Under the pieces are notes generated by a model. It was not told where the DNA came from. It made no database searches and saw only the letters and a list, made by a program, of their open reading frames with translations. A stretch of 64,000 nucleotides of DNA from Mobula hypostoma (taxonomy: Eukaryota): positions 130,822,001 through 130,886,000 of the forward strand of contig NC_086097.1 of the NCBI RefSeq assembly GCF_963921235.1, in the 5' to 3' direction. Below are positions 39,638 to 52,692 of the stretch, piece by piece (position 1 is the first letter of the stretch; every line of letters begins with the position of its first letter). Both the position numbers and the translations under genes were made by a program.

Positions 39638-42198
39638 TAATTATAATATTTAACACTAATCCAAAATGAATGCCCATTTGAAACAGATACTTCAGATGCT
39701 TATCCATAAATTGCAGCTTCGTCCTATACAACTGCATCTGTTACAACACTATTTAAATTAAAACCATAACATGGTGTTAAGAACAACCAGTAACCCTTAC
39801 AATTATCACTGCAACCCATGAGCTTTTCCAGCATGTCATCCACTCTTAGTGCTGTCTAAATATTTAAGTTGGCTGACCTCACGTTAAAGCAACGTCAGTT
39901 TTTAGCAACAGAGTATTTGCTACATCAAGATTAAACTAAGCACATTCTATAGATTTATTGAAAGTACTTGAGATTAAGCTGTTCTAAAATTTAGATCATT
40001 GTTAACTTCTTAAATGTGGTGACATGTCAAATGCATCTTGTCGTTTGATCAAAGCTAGATAAAAGCACACGTAGCAGTTAGAATACCAATATTCTCTCAA
40101 AAACTTTACTGTTATTGTTATAAATTTTCACTCTGAACAGCTTTGTTTTACTCTTAAAATTACTCACAGGTTCAACTAGGACCTGACTAATAATTGTGCA
40201 AAGAAGCTTCCCGTCTTTGTGATAACCTAAAGCTTCTAGAAAATGTTATCAAAATTAAAACTGTGCAGCAGTAATAAAATGAATACATATTTAAATTAAG
40301 ATTCACATGCTCTTCTACGTGGGAAAGTTTTGCAGGCTTTTAAGCAAACTGTCACAAGGTATTGCATGGCAAGCAGCATTCTGTGTATAAATTTCAATGC
40401 ACTTCCAAAATCATTTCAATAGTTCTTGGGTGCTAATTGCATTTCAATTTTAATAGTCATCTATCAAGAAGGTATCCTTGTTTGTTGGCTGTGCAGGCCC
40501 ATTTGTTTTACTTTATACCCACATAAAATAGTATGAGTAATGGGTGATGCTGCAGAAAAAGTTTAAAGAATACTCTAGAACACAGTAAAAATCAAGAAAG
40601 TGTGGGTATTGATACAAACTGCCTGCATATAATAGGAAGAAAAGCACATGATAAAGGAAGAACTACACTGTTTGAGGTCCTCCAAAAGTAATTGGTGTTC
40701 TAAAACCACTTCGACACTCAGATGGAGTAAGACTGTATCAATAAAACACTTCATGTGGAGACGTAAAACAAGAGAATAAAATCCCAATGACTATAAGCTA
40801 GAGAAATCTCATTAACTATTTAAAAACTGAAATCATGGTTGGATTTGCTTTGCTAGGACCCTACATCGACAAACGGCTTCCTAAAAACTGCACAAAGCTG
40901 GCACCCTTCCACACATTCGACACAAAAGCCCGAGAACCAACAGACCTACATCGTACCAGAATCTATAAACCAATAAATGAAGGGTCAAGATTGACATGAA
41001 GGATGCCATAGCTTACAACAAAAATGAAAGAATGCATCATCTCTGAATTTCTTCCGAAGGTGCTCGACAAAGCAGATCAAGATACATTAACACCTATTCT
41101 GATGAAGGGTCTTTGCTCTGATATATGAATCAAATCCTTCCTGTAGATACAACCTGGCCTGTTGAGTATGTCCAACAGTTTCTGTTTTTATTTGACAGCT
41201 GGAATTTCACCTGACTACAAATATTGAGAATCTATCAATACTCAAAACCAACAAACCTTGGATGGCAGACTCAGGTTGTAAGTGCAGTTCCCCTTTAAGA
41301 AAACAGAAGCGGGGACAGCATGTCAATCTGCAAGTACGCTTGAAATGCAAAGGCTTTACGCCCCCACTCCCGACTATCCTGATGGTGAATGAAGTCTCTG
41401 AAAAATAAAATTGAAGACCTCAGAACAAGATTGCTGTTCCAGAGGGGACATATGTGTTCCATTTCATGAAAACATGGTATTCCCCGCCATTTCAAATGCA
41501 GCACTGCAGCTCAATGGTTTCAAGATTCTCCGCAATGACAAGGCAACTGACTTTTAAAGGCAGATGAGGTGGAGTATACTTTATGTTTAACTCAAAAATA
41601 TGGCAGTTTTGTCTCAGTCCTGCTCACCTGACCTGGAACACATAGTGGTCAAATGTCGTCCATTTTACCTCCTGAGGGAGTTTTCCACCATCGTACTGGT
41701 AGCGAAACATTCCACCTCAGGCCAACATCAGGCAGGCACTGGAGGAGCTGAGTAATGTAATCAACAGGCACAAAATTGTGCACCCTGATGCCTTCCCTGT
41801 CATTTTGGGATATTTCAACCAGGCCAGCTTGAAAAAGTCTCTGCACATCTGCCACCAATACCTTTGGAACCAGAGGAGCTAACACACTTGACCACTGTTA
41901 TACTGCCATCAAGAACATTTACTGTGCCATCCCACACCCACTTTGGAAAATCTGATCATTTGGTTGTAATTCTACTCCCAGTCTAAAAGCAGTGACTAAA
42001 GACCGCAGCATCAATGGTGAGGACCAAGAAGGTATGGTGAATGGACCTGAAGGAGCACTTACAAGACTGCATTAAGTCAACAGACAGGACAATATTTAGG
42101 GATTCATCTTCATGTCTCAACAAATACACCACAATTGTCACTGACCTCTGTGGATGAGTGGGTGCCTTCGAGAACATACTGGACATACACAAACCAAA

Positions 42199-42680
42199 GG
42201 GGGAGGAGGGAGGGAGGGAGGGATCATCGATTCAGGCCTAAGAGGCCAGCGTCGGGCATTTACATGCCTTACAAGGTGTGGAACGAAAGACTGTGTGGCG
42301 CGCCACTCCTCACACAGACAGAGCAATGTGTGGTTAAGTGCTTTCCTCAAGGACACAACACACTGCCTCAGCTAAGGCTGGAACTGGCAACCTTCAGATC
42401 ACAAGACAAATGCCTTAGCCACTTGGCCACGTGCCCACTCAAAAGGAGGGAGGGATCGTCAACTCAGGCCTAACAGGCCAGTGTCGGGCATTTTCATGCC
42501 TTACAAGGCGCAGAACAAAAGACTGTGTGGCACGCCACTCCTCACACAGACATAAAGCAATGTGAGGTTAAGTGCCTTGCTCAAGAACACAACACACTGC
42601 CTCAGCTACAGCTCGAACTGGCTACCATCAGATCACGAGACGAACGCCTTAACCATTTGGCCACGTGCCCACATACCTGG
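42199..42680 (-). mobile_element. Tandem dimer of a tRNA-derived SINE with CORE-like body and (TCCC)n tail
   Basis: Each monomer has A box TGGCCAA(G/A)TGG, B box GTTC(G/C)AGC, and GTGT(C/T)CTTGAG..A.GCACTTAACC. TSD ACACAAACCAAA at 42187-42198 and 42681-42692. Confidence 0.85.
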
Positions 42681-43526
42681 ACACAAACCAAAAGCCATGA
42701 TGAACGAGGAGAATTGTAGTCTTCTGCGGGCTATATCTGTGGCATTTAAGACCAGTGATCCAGAACTATACAAGGAGTCCAGGTATAACCTATGGAAGGC
42801 TATTTTAAAGGCGATAAAACAATTCTAATTGAGATTAGAGACAGAATCAGATGCAAGTCAGCTCTGATAGGGTTTGCAGGCCATTATTTACTTACTACAA
42901 AGTGAAAACTAACACCATGAATGGCTGTGATACTTCACTCTCAGATGAGCTCAACACCTTTTATGCATGCTTTGGAAAGGAGGCAACATGTGGTGACCTT
43001 GCAATCTCTGTAAAAGTATGTATGTAGAATACAACCCTGAGAATCAACTTCACACAGACAGCCACAAAACAAAGAAAGAAAATCATGGAACCTATTCAAA
43101 GAAAAACATCAAACTCCCAACGTGGGGAAAAAAAACAAATCACGCAAGCGGCAAAAATGAGGGAAAAATGCAGAGCATACGCAAAACACCAAACCACAAA
43201 TCATCGTACGCGGCATATTCAGTTCAGTTCAGTTCAATCTAGCTTATGACATTCTCAGAGGCCGATGCCAGAACATCTTTCAAGAGAGTGAACCCTTCAC
43301 AATGCTTGTTTTTCCTCAGGATGCTGAAGAAAGCTGGTCTACCTGAACAGGTGCTGGTGAGCTTTTACCGCTGCACCATAGAGAGCACCTTAACATACTG
43401 CATCTCTGTGTGGTACTCAGCTGTACAGCAGCTGATAGGAAAGCACTTCAGCATGTCGTCTCTAGCACACAAAAGATCAGCAGGACACAGCTCCCAGCCC
43501 TGGAGGACACCTACAGCTCTCGCTGC

Positions 43527-44369
43527 TGTTACGTACCCCGTAACTGGGTTGCCAAACCAGCAGAAATGGACCACTAGTTGGAGTCTGGATTACTGGAAAC
43601 TAATAAAGTTTTATTAAAGAAATAAATAACACAGTACTCTAATGGTAAGGATATAAATGCAACAGGTTAGCAATGATAAAACACACATGTACACAGAACT
43701 AAGGCAATAGGAATCAACCAAGCTCTATCGCAGTCTAGGCGTAAAATAATCAGTCTCAAGTGACGTAGAGTTCAGTTCAGCTTAGTACAGTTCGCAGTAA
43801 TCGCTGTTGTGCCATTGGAGGGGGAGAGAGAGAGAGAGATGCAAATTTGATTTACGCAGACCTTTGATGTTCATAGGTGGTTTCAGGCGGACCCTTTTAT
43901 GTCTTCAATCCCACTGTGGTCACCGACTGTGACCCCTCCGTTCCAAATATGACTGTTCTTCCAGGGTGAACCTGGCACCCAGGCAAGGGTGGACACACAC
44001 ACCAGGTTCCCACCGATCGTACCTTTACACCCTGTGAGCCTATGGTCGGTTCCCACGAACCGGACCTCCAAACTCCCTCCACTTGTGGGGGCACACCACT
44101 CTTTCCAGGGGTCTCGTTATCTCGTGATCTCGTGGTGTGTCGTGCCTTAGCGAACCTGTTCTTTTTATCCCCCTGCTGGGGTATCGCCCGTCCATCAAAC
44201 TTCAAACAGTTCAGGTTCAAAGCAACCGGTCTGTCAATATACTGAATTGTGTTTCTTTTCCGTTATCTTTCTCTCCTCTCTCATTAACATTTTGAATGTT
44301 TCTCCATTGTCTCCCTTATCTCTCTCTCTCATTAGCATCAATCTTCTGATAACTTGGTTTGTCGTCACA
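43527..44369 (-). mobile_element. Solo LTR, 843 bp, probably Ty3/gypsy
   Basis: TGTTACG...CGTCACA termini; 4-bp TSD CTGC; minus-strand AATAAA near 43612. Confidence 0.9.
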
Positions 44370-44768
44370 CTGCCTATGGAAAGCTACAAGTATCTGTAAG
44401 GACAATACACACCCATGCAATCATCTGTTTGAACTTCTTCCATTTGGCAGATGTTATAAGATTTGCTATGCCCGCACTTCCAGACTGAAAAATAGCTTTT
44501 CTCCCAGAGATATAATTGCTCTGAACCAATCGATCAATCATCATCCATAAATTTGTTACATTGCTACTTTAATACTGGTTTTATGGCTGTCATGCATCTG
44601 AGTTGTGCTTTTGTACTGCTGGACATTGCTTGTACTGGCTGGTTACATGATTTTATTTATTGTTTATTTGCAAACAACAGTAATTCTGCAGATGCTGGAA
44701 ATTCACGCAACACACATCAAAGTTGCTGGTGAACGCAGCAGGCCAGGCAGCATCTGTAGGAAGAGGTG

Positions 44769-44810
44769 CAGTTGACGTTTCAGGCCGAGACCCATCGTCA
44801 GGACTAACTG
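44769..44810 (-). ncRNA. Minimal hammerhead ribozyme motif in the inverted PLE arm, sense to ATP9B pre-mRNA
   Basis: Minus strand CAGTTAGTC-CTGACGA-TGGGTCTCGGCCT-GAAAC-GTC-AACTG; core intact, proximal stem I has a mismatch. Confidence 0.7.
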
Positions 44811-46942
44811 AAGGAAGAGTGAGTAAGGGATTTGAAAGTTGGAGGGGGAGGGGGAGATCCAAAATGATAGGAGAAGACAGGAGGGGGAGGGATGGAGCCA
44901 AGAGCTGGACAGGTGTTAGGCAAAAGGGGATACGAGAGGATCATCGGACAGGAGGTCTGGGAAAAAAGATGGGGGGGGGACCCAGAGGATGGGCAAGAGG
45001 TATATTCAGAGGGACAGAGGGAGAGAAAGGAGAGTGAGAGAAAGAATGTGTGCATAAAAATGAGTAACAGATGGGGTACGAGGGGGAGGTGGGGCCTTAG
45101 CGGAAGTTAGAGAAGTCAATGTTCATGCCATCAGGTTGGAGGCTACCCAGACGGAATATAAGGTGTTGTTCCTCCAACCTGAGTGTGGCTTCATCTCCAC
45201 AGTAGAGGAGGCCGTGGACAGACATGTCAGAATGGGAATGAGATGTGGAATTAAAATGTGTGGCCACTGGGAGATCCTGCTTTCTCTGGCGGACAGAGCG
45301 TAGATGTTCAGCAAAGCGGTCTCCCAGTCTGCGTCGGGTCTCACCAATATATAAAAGGCCACATCGGGAGCACCGGACGCAGTATATCACCCCAGCCGAC
45401 TCACAGGTGAAGTGCCGCCTCACTGGGAAGGACTGTTTGGGGCCCTGAATGGTGGTAAGGGAGGAAGTGTAAGGGATGCTCTTGGGACCCGTATAGATCC
45501 TAGCTATGCCTGCCTTTTTGTTGGATTTGTGGAACAATCTATGTTCCGTGCCTATTCTGGTATCTGTCCCCCACTTTTCCTTCGCTACATCGACGACTGC
45601 ATTGGCGCTGCTTCCTGCACGCATACAGAACTCATTGACTTTATTAACTTTGCCTCCAACTTTCACCCTGCCCTCAAGTTTACCTGGTCCATTTCCGACA
45701 CCTCCCTCCCCTTTCTAGATCTTTCTGTCTCTGTCTCTGGAGACAGCTTATCCACTGATGTCTACTATAAGCCTACTGACTCTCACAGCTATCTGGACTA
45801 TTCCTCTTCTCACCCTGTCTCCTGCAAAAACGCCCTCCCCTTCTCACAATTCCTCCGTCTCCGCCGCATCTGCTCTCAGGATGAGGCTTTTCATTCTAGG
45901 ACGAGGGAGATGTCTTCCTTTTTTAAAGAAAGGGGCTTCCCTTCCTCCACTATCAACTCTGCTCTTAAACGCATCTCCCCCATTTCACGTACATCTGCTC
46001 TCACTCCATCCTCCCGCCACCCGACTAGGAATAGGGTTCCCCTGGTCCTCACCTACCACCCCACCAGCCTCCGGGTCCAACATATTATTCTCCGTAACTT
46101 CCGCCACCTCCAATGGGATCCCACCACTAAGCACATCTTTCCCTCCCCCCCTCTCTCTGCATTCAGCAGGGACCGCTCCCTACACAACTCCCTTGTCCAT
46201 TTGTCCCCCCCCATCCCTCCCCACTGATCTCCCTCCTGGCACTTATCCGTGTAAGTGGAACAAGTGCTACACATGCTCTTACACTTCCTCCCTTACCACC
46301 ATTCAGGGCCCCAAACAGTCCTTCCAGGTGAGGCGGCACTTCACCTGTGAGTCGACTGGGGTGATATACTGCGTCCGGTGCTCCCGATGTGGCCTTTTAT
46401 ATATTGGCGAGACCCGACGCAGACTGGGAGACCGCTTTGCTGAACATCTACGCTCTGTCTGCCAGAGAAAGCAGGATCTCCCAGTGGCCACACATTTTAA
46501 TTCCACATCCCATTCCCATTCTGACATGTCTATCCACGGCCTCCTCCACTGTAAAGATGAAGCCACACTCAGGTTGGAGGAACAACACCTTATATTCCGT
46601 CTGGGTAGCCTCCAACCTGATGGCATGAACATCGACTTCTCTAACTTCCGCTAAGGCCCCACCTCCCCCTCGTACCCCATCTGTTACTCATTTTTATGCA
46701 CACATTCATTCTCTCACTTTCCTTTTTCTCCCTCTCTCCCTCTGAATATACCTCTTGCCCATCCTCTGGGTCCCCCCCCCTTGTCTTTCTTCCCGGACCT
46801 CCTGTCCCATGATCCTCTCGTATCCCCTTTTGCCTATCACCTGTCCAGCTCTTGGCTCTATACCTCCCCCTGCTGTCTTCTCCTATCATTTTGGATCTCC
46901 CCCGCCCCCTCCAACTTTCAAATCCCTTACTCACTCTTCCTT

Positions 46943-46984
46943 CAGTTAGTCCTGACGAAGGGTCTCGGCCTGAAACGTCGACTG
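46943..46984 (+). ncRNA. Minimal type I hammerhead ribozyme motif in the PLE 3' end
   Basis: AGTC-CTGACGA-AGGGTCTCGGCCT-GAAAC-GTC-GACT: stem I AGTC/GACT, intact core, short stem II, palindromic ACGT stem III. Predicted cleavage after 46979. Confidence 0.8.
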
Positions 46985-47880
46985 CACCTCTTCCTACAGA
47001 TGCTGCTTGGCCTGCTGCGTTCACCAGCAACTTTGATGTATGTTGCTTTATTGTTTATTTATTTTATTTGTTGTTTTATAGCATTTAGTATGAGAGTTGC
47101 AAACTCATTTTCGCAGTATTGGTGCATGACAAATTGTACTATGCAATGACAATAAAGATATTTCATTTCATTTCAACCTGTGCCAACCAACTGGCAGGAG
47201 TGTTTAATTTCTCACAGCTTCATTCAAAGGTTCCCACCTACTTCAAAGGGGCAACAATCATACATGTACCCAAGAGCAGGTTGAACTACCTCAAAGACTA
47301 TTGCCCAGTAGTACTGACATCCTTTTTGACGAAGTGCTTTCAGAGGTTGGTCATGGCGAGAATCAACTCCTGCCTCAGGACTTGGACCCACTGCAATTTC
47401 CCTATCACCACAATAGATCTGCAGTGGATGCAATCTCACTGGCTCTCCACTTAGCCATGGATCACCAGGACAAAAGCAATACCGATGCCAGGCTGCAGTA
47501 TATTGACTACAGCTCAACATTCAACACAATCATACCCTCAGTTCTACTGAATGAGTTCCAAAGCCTGGATTCTCTATCCCTCCTTCTGCAACTGGATCTT
47601 TGACTTCCTCATCAGGAGATCGAAAATAACATCTTGTCCTTGCTGTCACTCAACACTGGCACACTTCAAGGATACATGTATATCCCACTGCTCTACTCTC
47701 TCGATACCCACCACTGTGCTCAATAGCTCGAATGCCATCTATAAATTTGACGATGACAGAATTTCAGATGGTGATGAGGCGGCACACAGGAAAAAGATCG
47801 ATCAGCTGTTTGAGAGGTGTCACAGCAAAAAACCAACATCAGTAAGACAAAGGAATTGACTGTGGACTTTATGAAGTCTC

Positions 47881-50800
47881 AGAAACATAGAAAACCTACA
47901 GCACAATACAAAGTTGTGCCGAACATGTCCCAACCCTAGAAATTACTGGGCTTATCTATAGCCCTCTGTTTTTCTAAGCTCCATGTACTATCCAAAAGTC
48001 TCTTAAAACACTCCATTGTATCCGCCTCCAACGCCCTTGCCAGCAGCCCACTGCACTCACCACAAAACTTACCCCTGACATCTCCTTTGTTCCTACTCCC
48101 CAGCACCTTAAACCTGTGTCCTCTTGTGGCAACCATTTCAGTCCTGGGAAAAAGCCTCTGACTATCCACACGATCAATGCCTCTCATCATCTTATGCACC
48201 TCTATCAGGTCACTTCTCATCCTCCATCGCTCCAAGGAGAAAAGGCCAAATTCACTCAGCCTATTCTCATTAGGCATGCTCCCCAATCCAGGCAACGCCC
48301 TTGTAAATCTCCTCTGCACCCTTTCTATGGTCTCCACATCCTTCCTGATGTAAGGCAACCAGAACTGAGCACAGAACTCCAAGTGGAGTCTGACCAGGGT
48401 CTTATATAGCTGGAACATTACCTCTCGGCTCCTAAATTCAATTCCATGATTGATGAAGGCCAATACACCATACCCCTTCTTAACCACAGAGTCAACCTGC
48501 ACAGCTGCTTTGAGCGTCCTATGGACTCGGACCCGAAGATTCCTCTGATCCCCCACACTGCCAAAAGTCTTACTATTAACACTATATTCTGCCATTATAT
48601 TTGACCTACCAAAATGAACCAATTCACACTTATCTGGGTTGAACTCCACCTGCCACTTCTCAGCCCAGTTTTGCATCCTATCAATGTCCCGCTGTAACCT
48701 CTGACAGCTCTCCACACTATCCATAGTCATACTTTATTGATCCCAGGGGAAATTGGTTTTCGTTACAGTTGCACCATAAATAATAAATAGTAATAGAACC
48801 ATAAATAGTTAAATAGTAGTATGTAAATTATGCCAGTAAATTATGAAATAAGTCCAGGAGCACCCTATCGGCTCAGGGTGTCTGACCCTCCAAGGGAGGA
48901 GTTGTAAAGTTTGATGGCCACAGGCAGGAATGACTTCCTATGATGCTCTGTGCTGCATCTCGGTGGAATGAGTCTCTGGCTGAATGTACTCCTGTGCCCA
49001 GCCGGTACATTATGTAGTGGATGGGAGACATTGACCAAGATGGCATGCAACTTAGACAGCATCCTCTTTTCAGACACCACCGTGAGAGAGTCCAATTCCA
49101 TCCCCACAACATCACTGGCCTTACGAATGAGTTTGTTGATTCTGTTGGTGTCTGCTACCCTCAGCCTGCTGCCCCAGCACACAACAGCAAACATGATAGC
49201 ACTGGCCACCACAGACTGATAGAACATCCTCAGCATCGTCTGGCAGATGTTAAAGGACCTCAGTCTCCTCAGGAAATAGAGACGGCTCTGACCCTTCTTG
49301 TAGACAGTCTCAGTGTTCTTAGACCAGCCCAGAATACCTCTAATCTTTGTGTCATCAGCAAACTTACTAACCCATCCCTCCACTTCCTTATCCAGTTCGT
49401 TTATAAAAATCACAAAGAGTAAGGGTTCCAGAACAGATCCCTGTGGCACACCACTGGTGACCAACCTCCATGCAGAATATGACCTGTCTAACAACCACTC
49501 TTTGCCTTCTGTGGGCAAACCAGTTCTGGATCCATAACACAATGTCCCCTTTGATCCCATGCCTCCTTATTTTCTCAATAAGCCTTGCATGGGGTACCTG
49601 ATCATATGCCTTGCTGAAATCCATATATATCTACTGCTCTTCCTTCATCAATGTGTTTAGTCACATCCTCAAAAAATTCAATCAGGCTCGTAAAGCACGA
49701 CCTGCCCTTGACAAAGCCATACTGACTATTCTTAATCATATCACACCTCTCCAAATGTTCATAAATCCTGCCTCTCAGGATCTTCTCCATCAACTTACCA
49801 ATCACTGAGGTAAGACTCACTGGTCTATAATTACCTGGGCTATCTGTACTCTCTTTCTTGAATAAAGGAACAACATCCGCAACCCTTCAATCCTCCGGAA
49901 CCTCTCCCGTCCCCACTGATGATGCAAAGATCATCACCAGAGGCTCAGCAATCTCCTCCCTGGCCTCCCACAGTAGCCTGGGGTACATCTCATCAGGTCC
50001 CAGCGACTTATCCAACTTGATGCTTTGCAAAAACTCCAGCACATCCTCTTTCTTAATAGCTACATGTTCAAGATTTTTAGTCTGCTGCAAGCCAGCACTA
50101 CAATCACCAAGAACCTTTTCCAAGGTGAATACTAAAGTAAAGTATTCATTAAGTACCTCTGCTATTTCCTCCGGTTCCATACATACTTTTCCACTGTCAC
50201 ACTTGATAGGTCCTATTCTATCACATCTTATCCTCTTGCTCTTCACATACTTGTAGAATGCCTTGGGGTTTTCCTTAATCCTCCCGTCAAGGCCTTCTCA
50301 TGGCCCCTTCTGGCTCTCCCAATTTCCTTCTTAAGCTCCTTCCTGTTAGCCTTATAATCTTCTAGATTTCTAACATTACTTAGCTCTCTGAACCTTCTGT
50401 AAGCTTTTCTTTTCTTCATGACTAGATTTATTACAGCCTTTGTACACCACGGTTCCTGTACCCTACCATAACTTCCCTGTCTCATTGGAACATACCTGTG
50501 CAGAACTACACACAAATATCCCCTGAACATTTACCACATTTCTTCTGTACTTTTCCCTGAGAACATCCGCTTCCAATTTCATGCCTGATAGCCTCATAAT
50601 TCCCCTTACTCCAATTAAACGCTTTTCTAACTTGTCTGTTCCTATCTCTCTCCAATGCTACTGTAAAGGAGATAGAGTTATGATCACTATCTCCAAAATG
50701 CTCTCCCACTTAGAGATCTGACACCTGACCATGTTCATTTCCCAATTCCAAATGAAGTGCAGCCTCTCTCCTCTTGTAGGGTTATCTACATATTGTGTCA

Positions 50801-52692
50801 AGAAACCTTCCTGAACACACCTACAAACTCCACCCCATCTAAACCACTTGCTCTAGGGAAATGCCAATCGATATTTGGGAAATTAAAATCTCCCATCACG
50901 ACAACTCTGTTATTATTACACCTTTCCAGGATCTGTTTCCCTATCGGCTCTCGATATCCCTGTTACTATTGGGCAGTCTATAAAAAAACACCCAGTAAAG
51001 TTATTGACCCCTTCCTGTTCCTAACCTCCACCCACAGAGACTCCGTAGACAATCCCTCCATGGCGTTGAGCTTTTCTGCAGCTATGACACTATCTCTGAT
51101 CAACAGTGCCACGCCCCCACCTCTTTTGCCTCCCTCCCTGTCCTTTCTGAAACATCTAAAACCCGGCACTTCAAGTAACCACTCCTGTCCCTGAGCCATC
51201 CAAGTCTCTGTAATGGCCACCGCATCATATTTCCAAGTATTGATCCACGCTCTAAGCTCATCCGCTTTGTTCACAACACTCCTTGCGTTAAAGTAGACGC
51301 ATCTCAAACCTTCGGTTTGAGTGCATCCCTTCTCTATCACCTGCCCATCCTCCCTCTCGCACTGTCTACAAGCTTTCTCTATTTGTGAACCAAGCTGCTC
51401 TTCCCAGTCTCTTCAGTTCGGCTCCCACACCCCAACAATTCTAGTTTAAACTCTCCCCAGTAGCCTTAGCAAACCTCCCCGCCAGGATATTGGTTCCCCT
51501 GGGATTCAAGTGCAACCCGTTCTTTTTGTACAGGTCACACCTGCCCCAAAAGAAGTCCCAATGATCCAGAAATCTGAATCCCTATCCCCTGCTCCAATCC
51601 CTCAGCCACGCTTTTATCCTCCACCTCATTCTATTCCTATTCTCACTGTCACATGGCACAGGCAGTAATCCCGAGATTACTACCTTTGAGGTCCTGTTTC
51701 TCAACTTCTTTTCTAACTCCCTGTGGTCTGTTTTCAGGACCTCTTCCCTTTTCTTACTCATGTCATTGGTACCAGTATGTACCACGACCTCTGGCTGTTC
51801 TCCCTCCCACTGCAGGATATCTTGGACGCGATCTGAAACACCCAGACCCTGGCACCTGGGAGGCAAACTACCTTCCAAGTTTCTTTCCTGCGTCCACAGA
51901 ATTGCCTGTCTGACCCCCTGACTACTATTCCTCTATCTCTATGGCCTTCCTCTTCCTTTCCCTACCCTTCTGAGCCACAGGGTCAGACACTGTGCCAGAG
52001 GCACGGCCACTATCACTTCCCCCAGGCAGGCTGTCCCCCCCCCCCCCCACAAAACAGTACTCAAACAGGAGTACTTATTATCAAGGAGTACAGCCACAGG
52101 GGTACTCTCTAATACCTGACTCTTCCCTGTGACTCACTTGTCTGTCTGCCGTGCCCCCAGTGTGACCACCTGCCTATAACTCCTTTCTATCATCTCCTCG
52201 CTCTCCCTGACCAGGCAAAGGTCATTGTGCTGCATCTCCAGTTCCCTAACTCGGTCCCTTAGGAGCTGTAGCTCGACACACTGGGTGCAGATATAGCTGT
52301 CCGTGAGGCTGGGAGACTCCAGGACCTCCCATATCTGACACCCAGCACAGAAAACTGGCCTCACACTCATACTTCCTCCTTTCCGCAAATAACACCGGTA
52401 AACCTACCTCGCCTCGTCCTGTTATCGCCTAAGCCCATTGAGCCAAAGCTCTATCACTGTGCTGCCCACTGGATATGGCGTTCTTTGTAAACCTTTCGCA
52501 CTCTGCTGGCTGACGTCACGTGCCTGCGCAGTCTTGCCTCTCTTTTACCCCGAGTGGTAAGAACTGCCTTCACTCTGAAAAGCAGCCGTTCACTCGCAGC
52601 CTTCTTGCTCTGAATCAAAAACTGTTGAAGATTCCTTGCCTTTTTAAACCTTGCGTGCTCTACTGGCTGACGTCACATGCCTGCGCAGTCTT
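47881..52692 (-). mobile_element. Near full-length CR1 LINE (5'UTR, ORF1 Zn-finger/coiled-coil/esterase, ORF2 EN-RT), mutated
   Basis: ORF1 remnants 52134..52388 (CxxC..CxxC) and 51582..51878 (VVVHTGTND, ISGLLPVP); ORF2 remnants 50978..51340 through 47936..48730; TTCTATGTTTCT tail. Same family as 13716-16472. Confidence 0.93.
48723..49330 (-). mobile_element. 5'-truncated Rex1/Babar-type LINE inserted in CR1 RT just after FADD
   Basis: Nearly identical to 7683-8290; creates chimeric ORF 48865..49560. Confidence 0.9.

Larger units (their letters stand above)
44670..47046 (+). mobile_element. Neptune-type Penelope-like element: inverted 3' copy (44670 to about 45473) joined to a sense RT/GIY-YIG fragment (about 45474-47046)
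   Basis: FLRYIDDCIG, YKPTDSHSYLDYSSSHP, Cys linker CKWNKCYTC, GVIYCVRCSRCGLLYIGET; one frameshift near 46215. 14-bp TSD TTTATTGTTTATTT at 44656-44669 and 47047-47060. Confidence 0.93.
43297..47172 (+). mobile_element. 5'-truncated Rex-type LINE with (CATTT)n tail, split by a solo LTR and a PLE
   Basis: LFFLRMLKKAGL..FYRCTIES; DTYSSRC|LWKA continuity across the LTR; tail AATAAAGATATTTCATTTCATTTCA. Confidence 0.75.

Noticed and set aside
42370..42438. Possible tRNA gene
   Set aside because: tRNA-like SINE head continuing into a SINE body; no proper cloverleaf or terminator.
45412..46654. RT next to a nuclease and a structured RNA, resembling a retron or other novel RT system
   Set aside because: Fully explained by known Penelope-like element architecture (RT, GIY-YIG, hammerhead).
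48865..49560. 231-aa ORF with CR1 RT core joined to a Rex C-terminus
   Set aside because: Created by a Rex insertion just after FADD; the Rex 3' tail and resumed CR1 sequence are visible.
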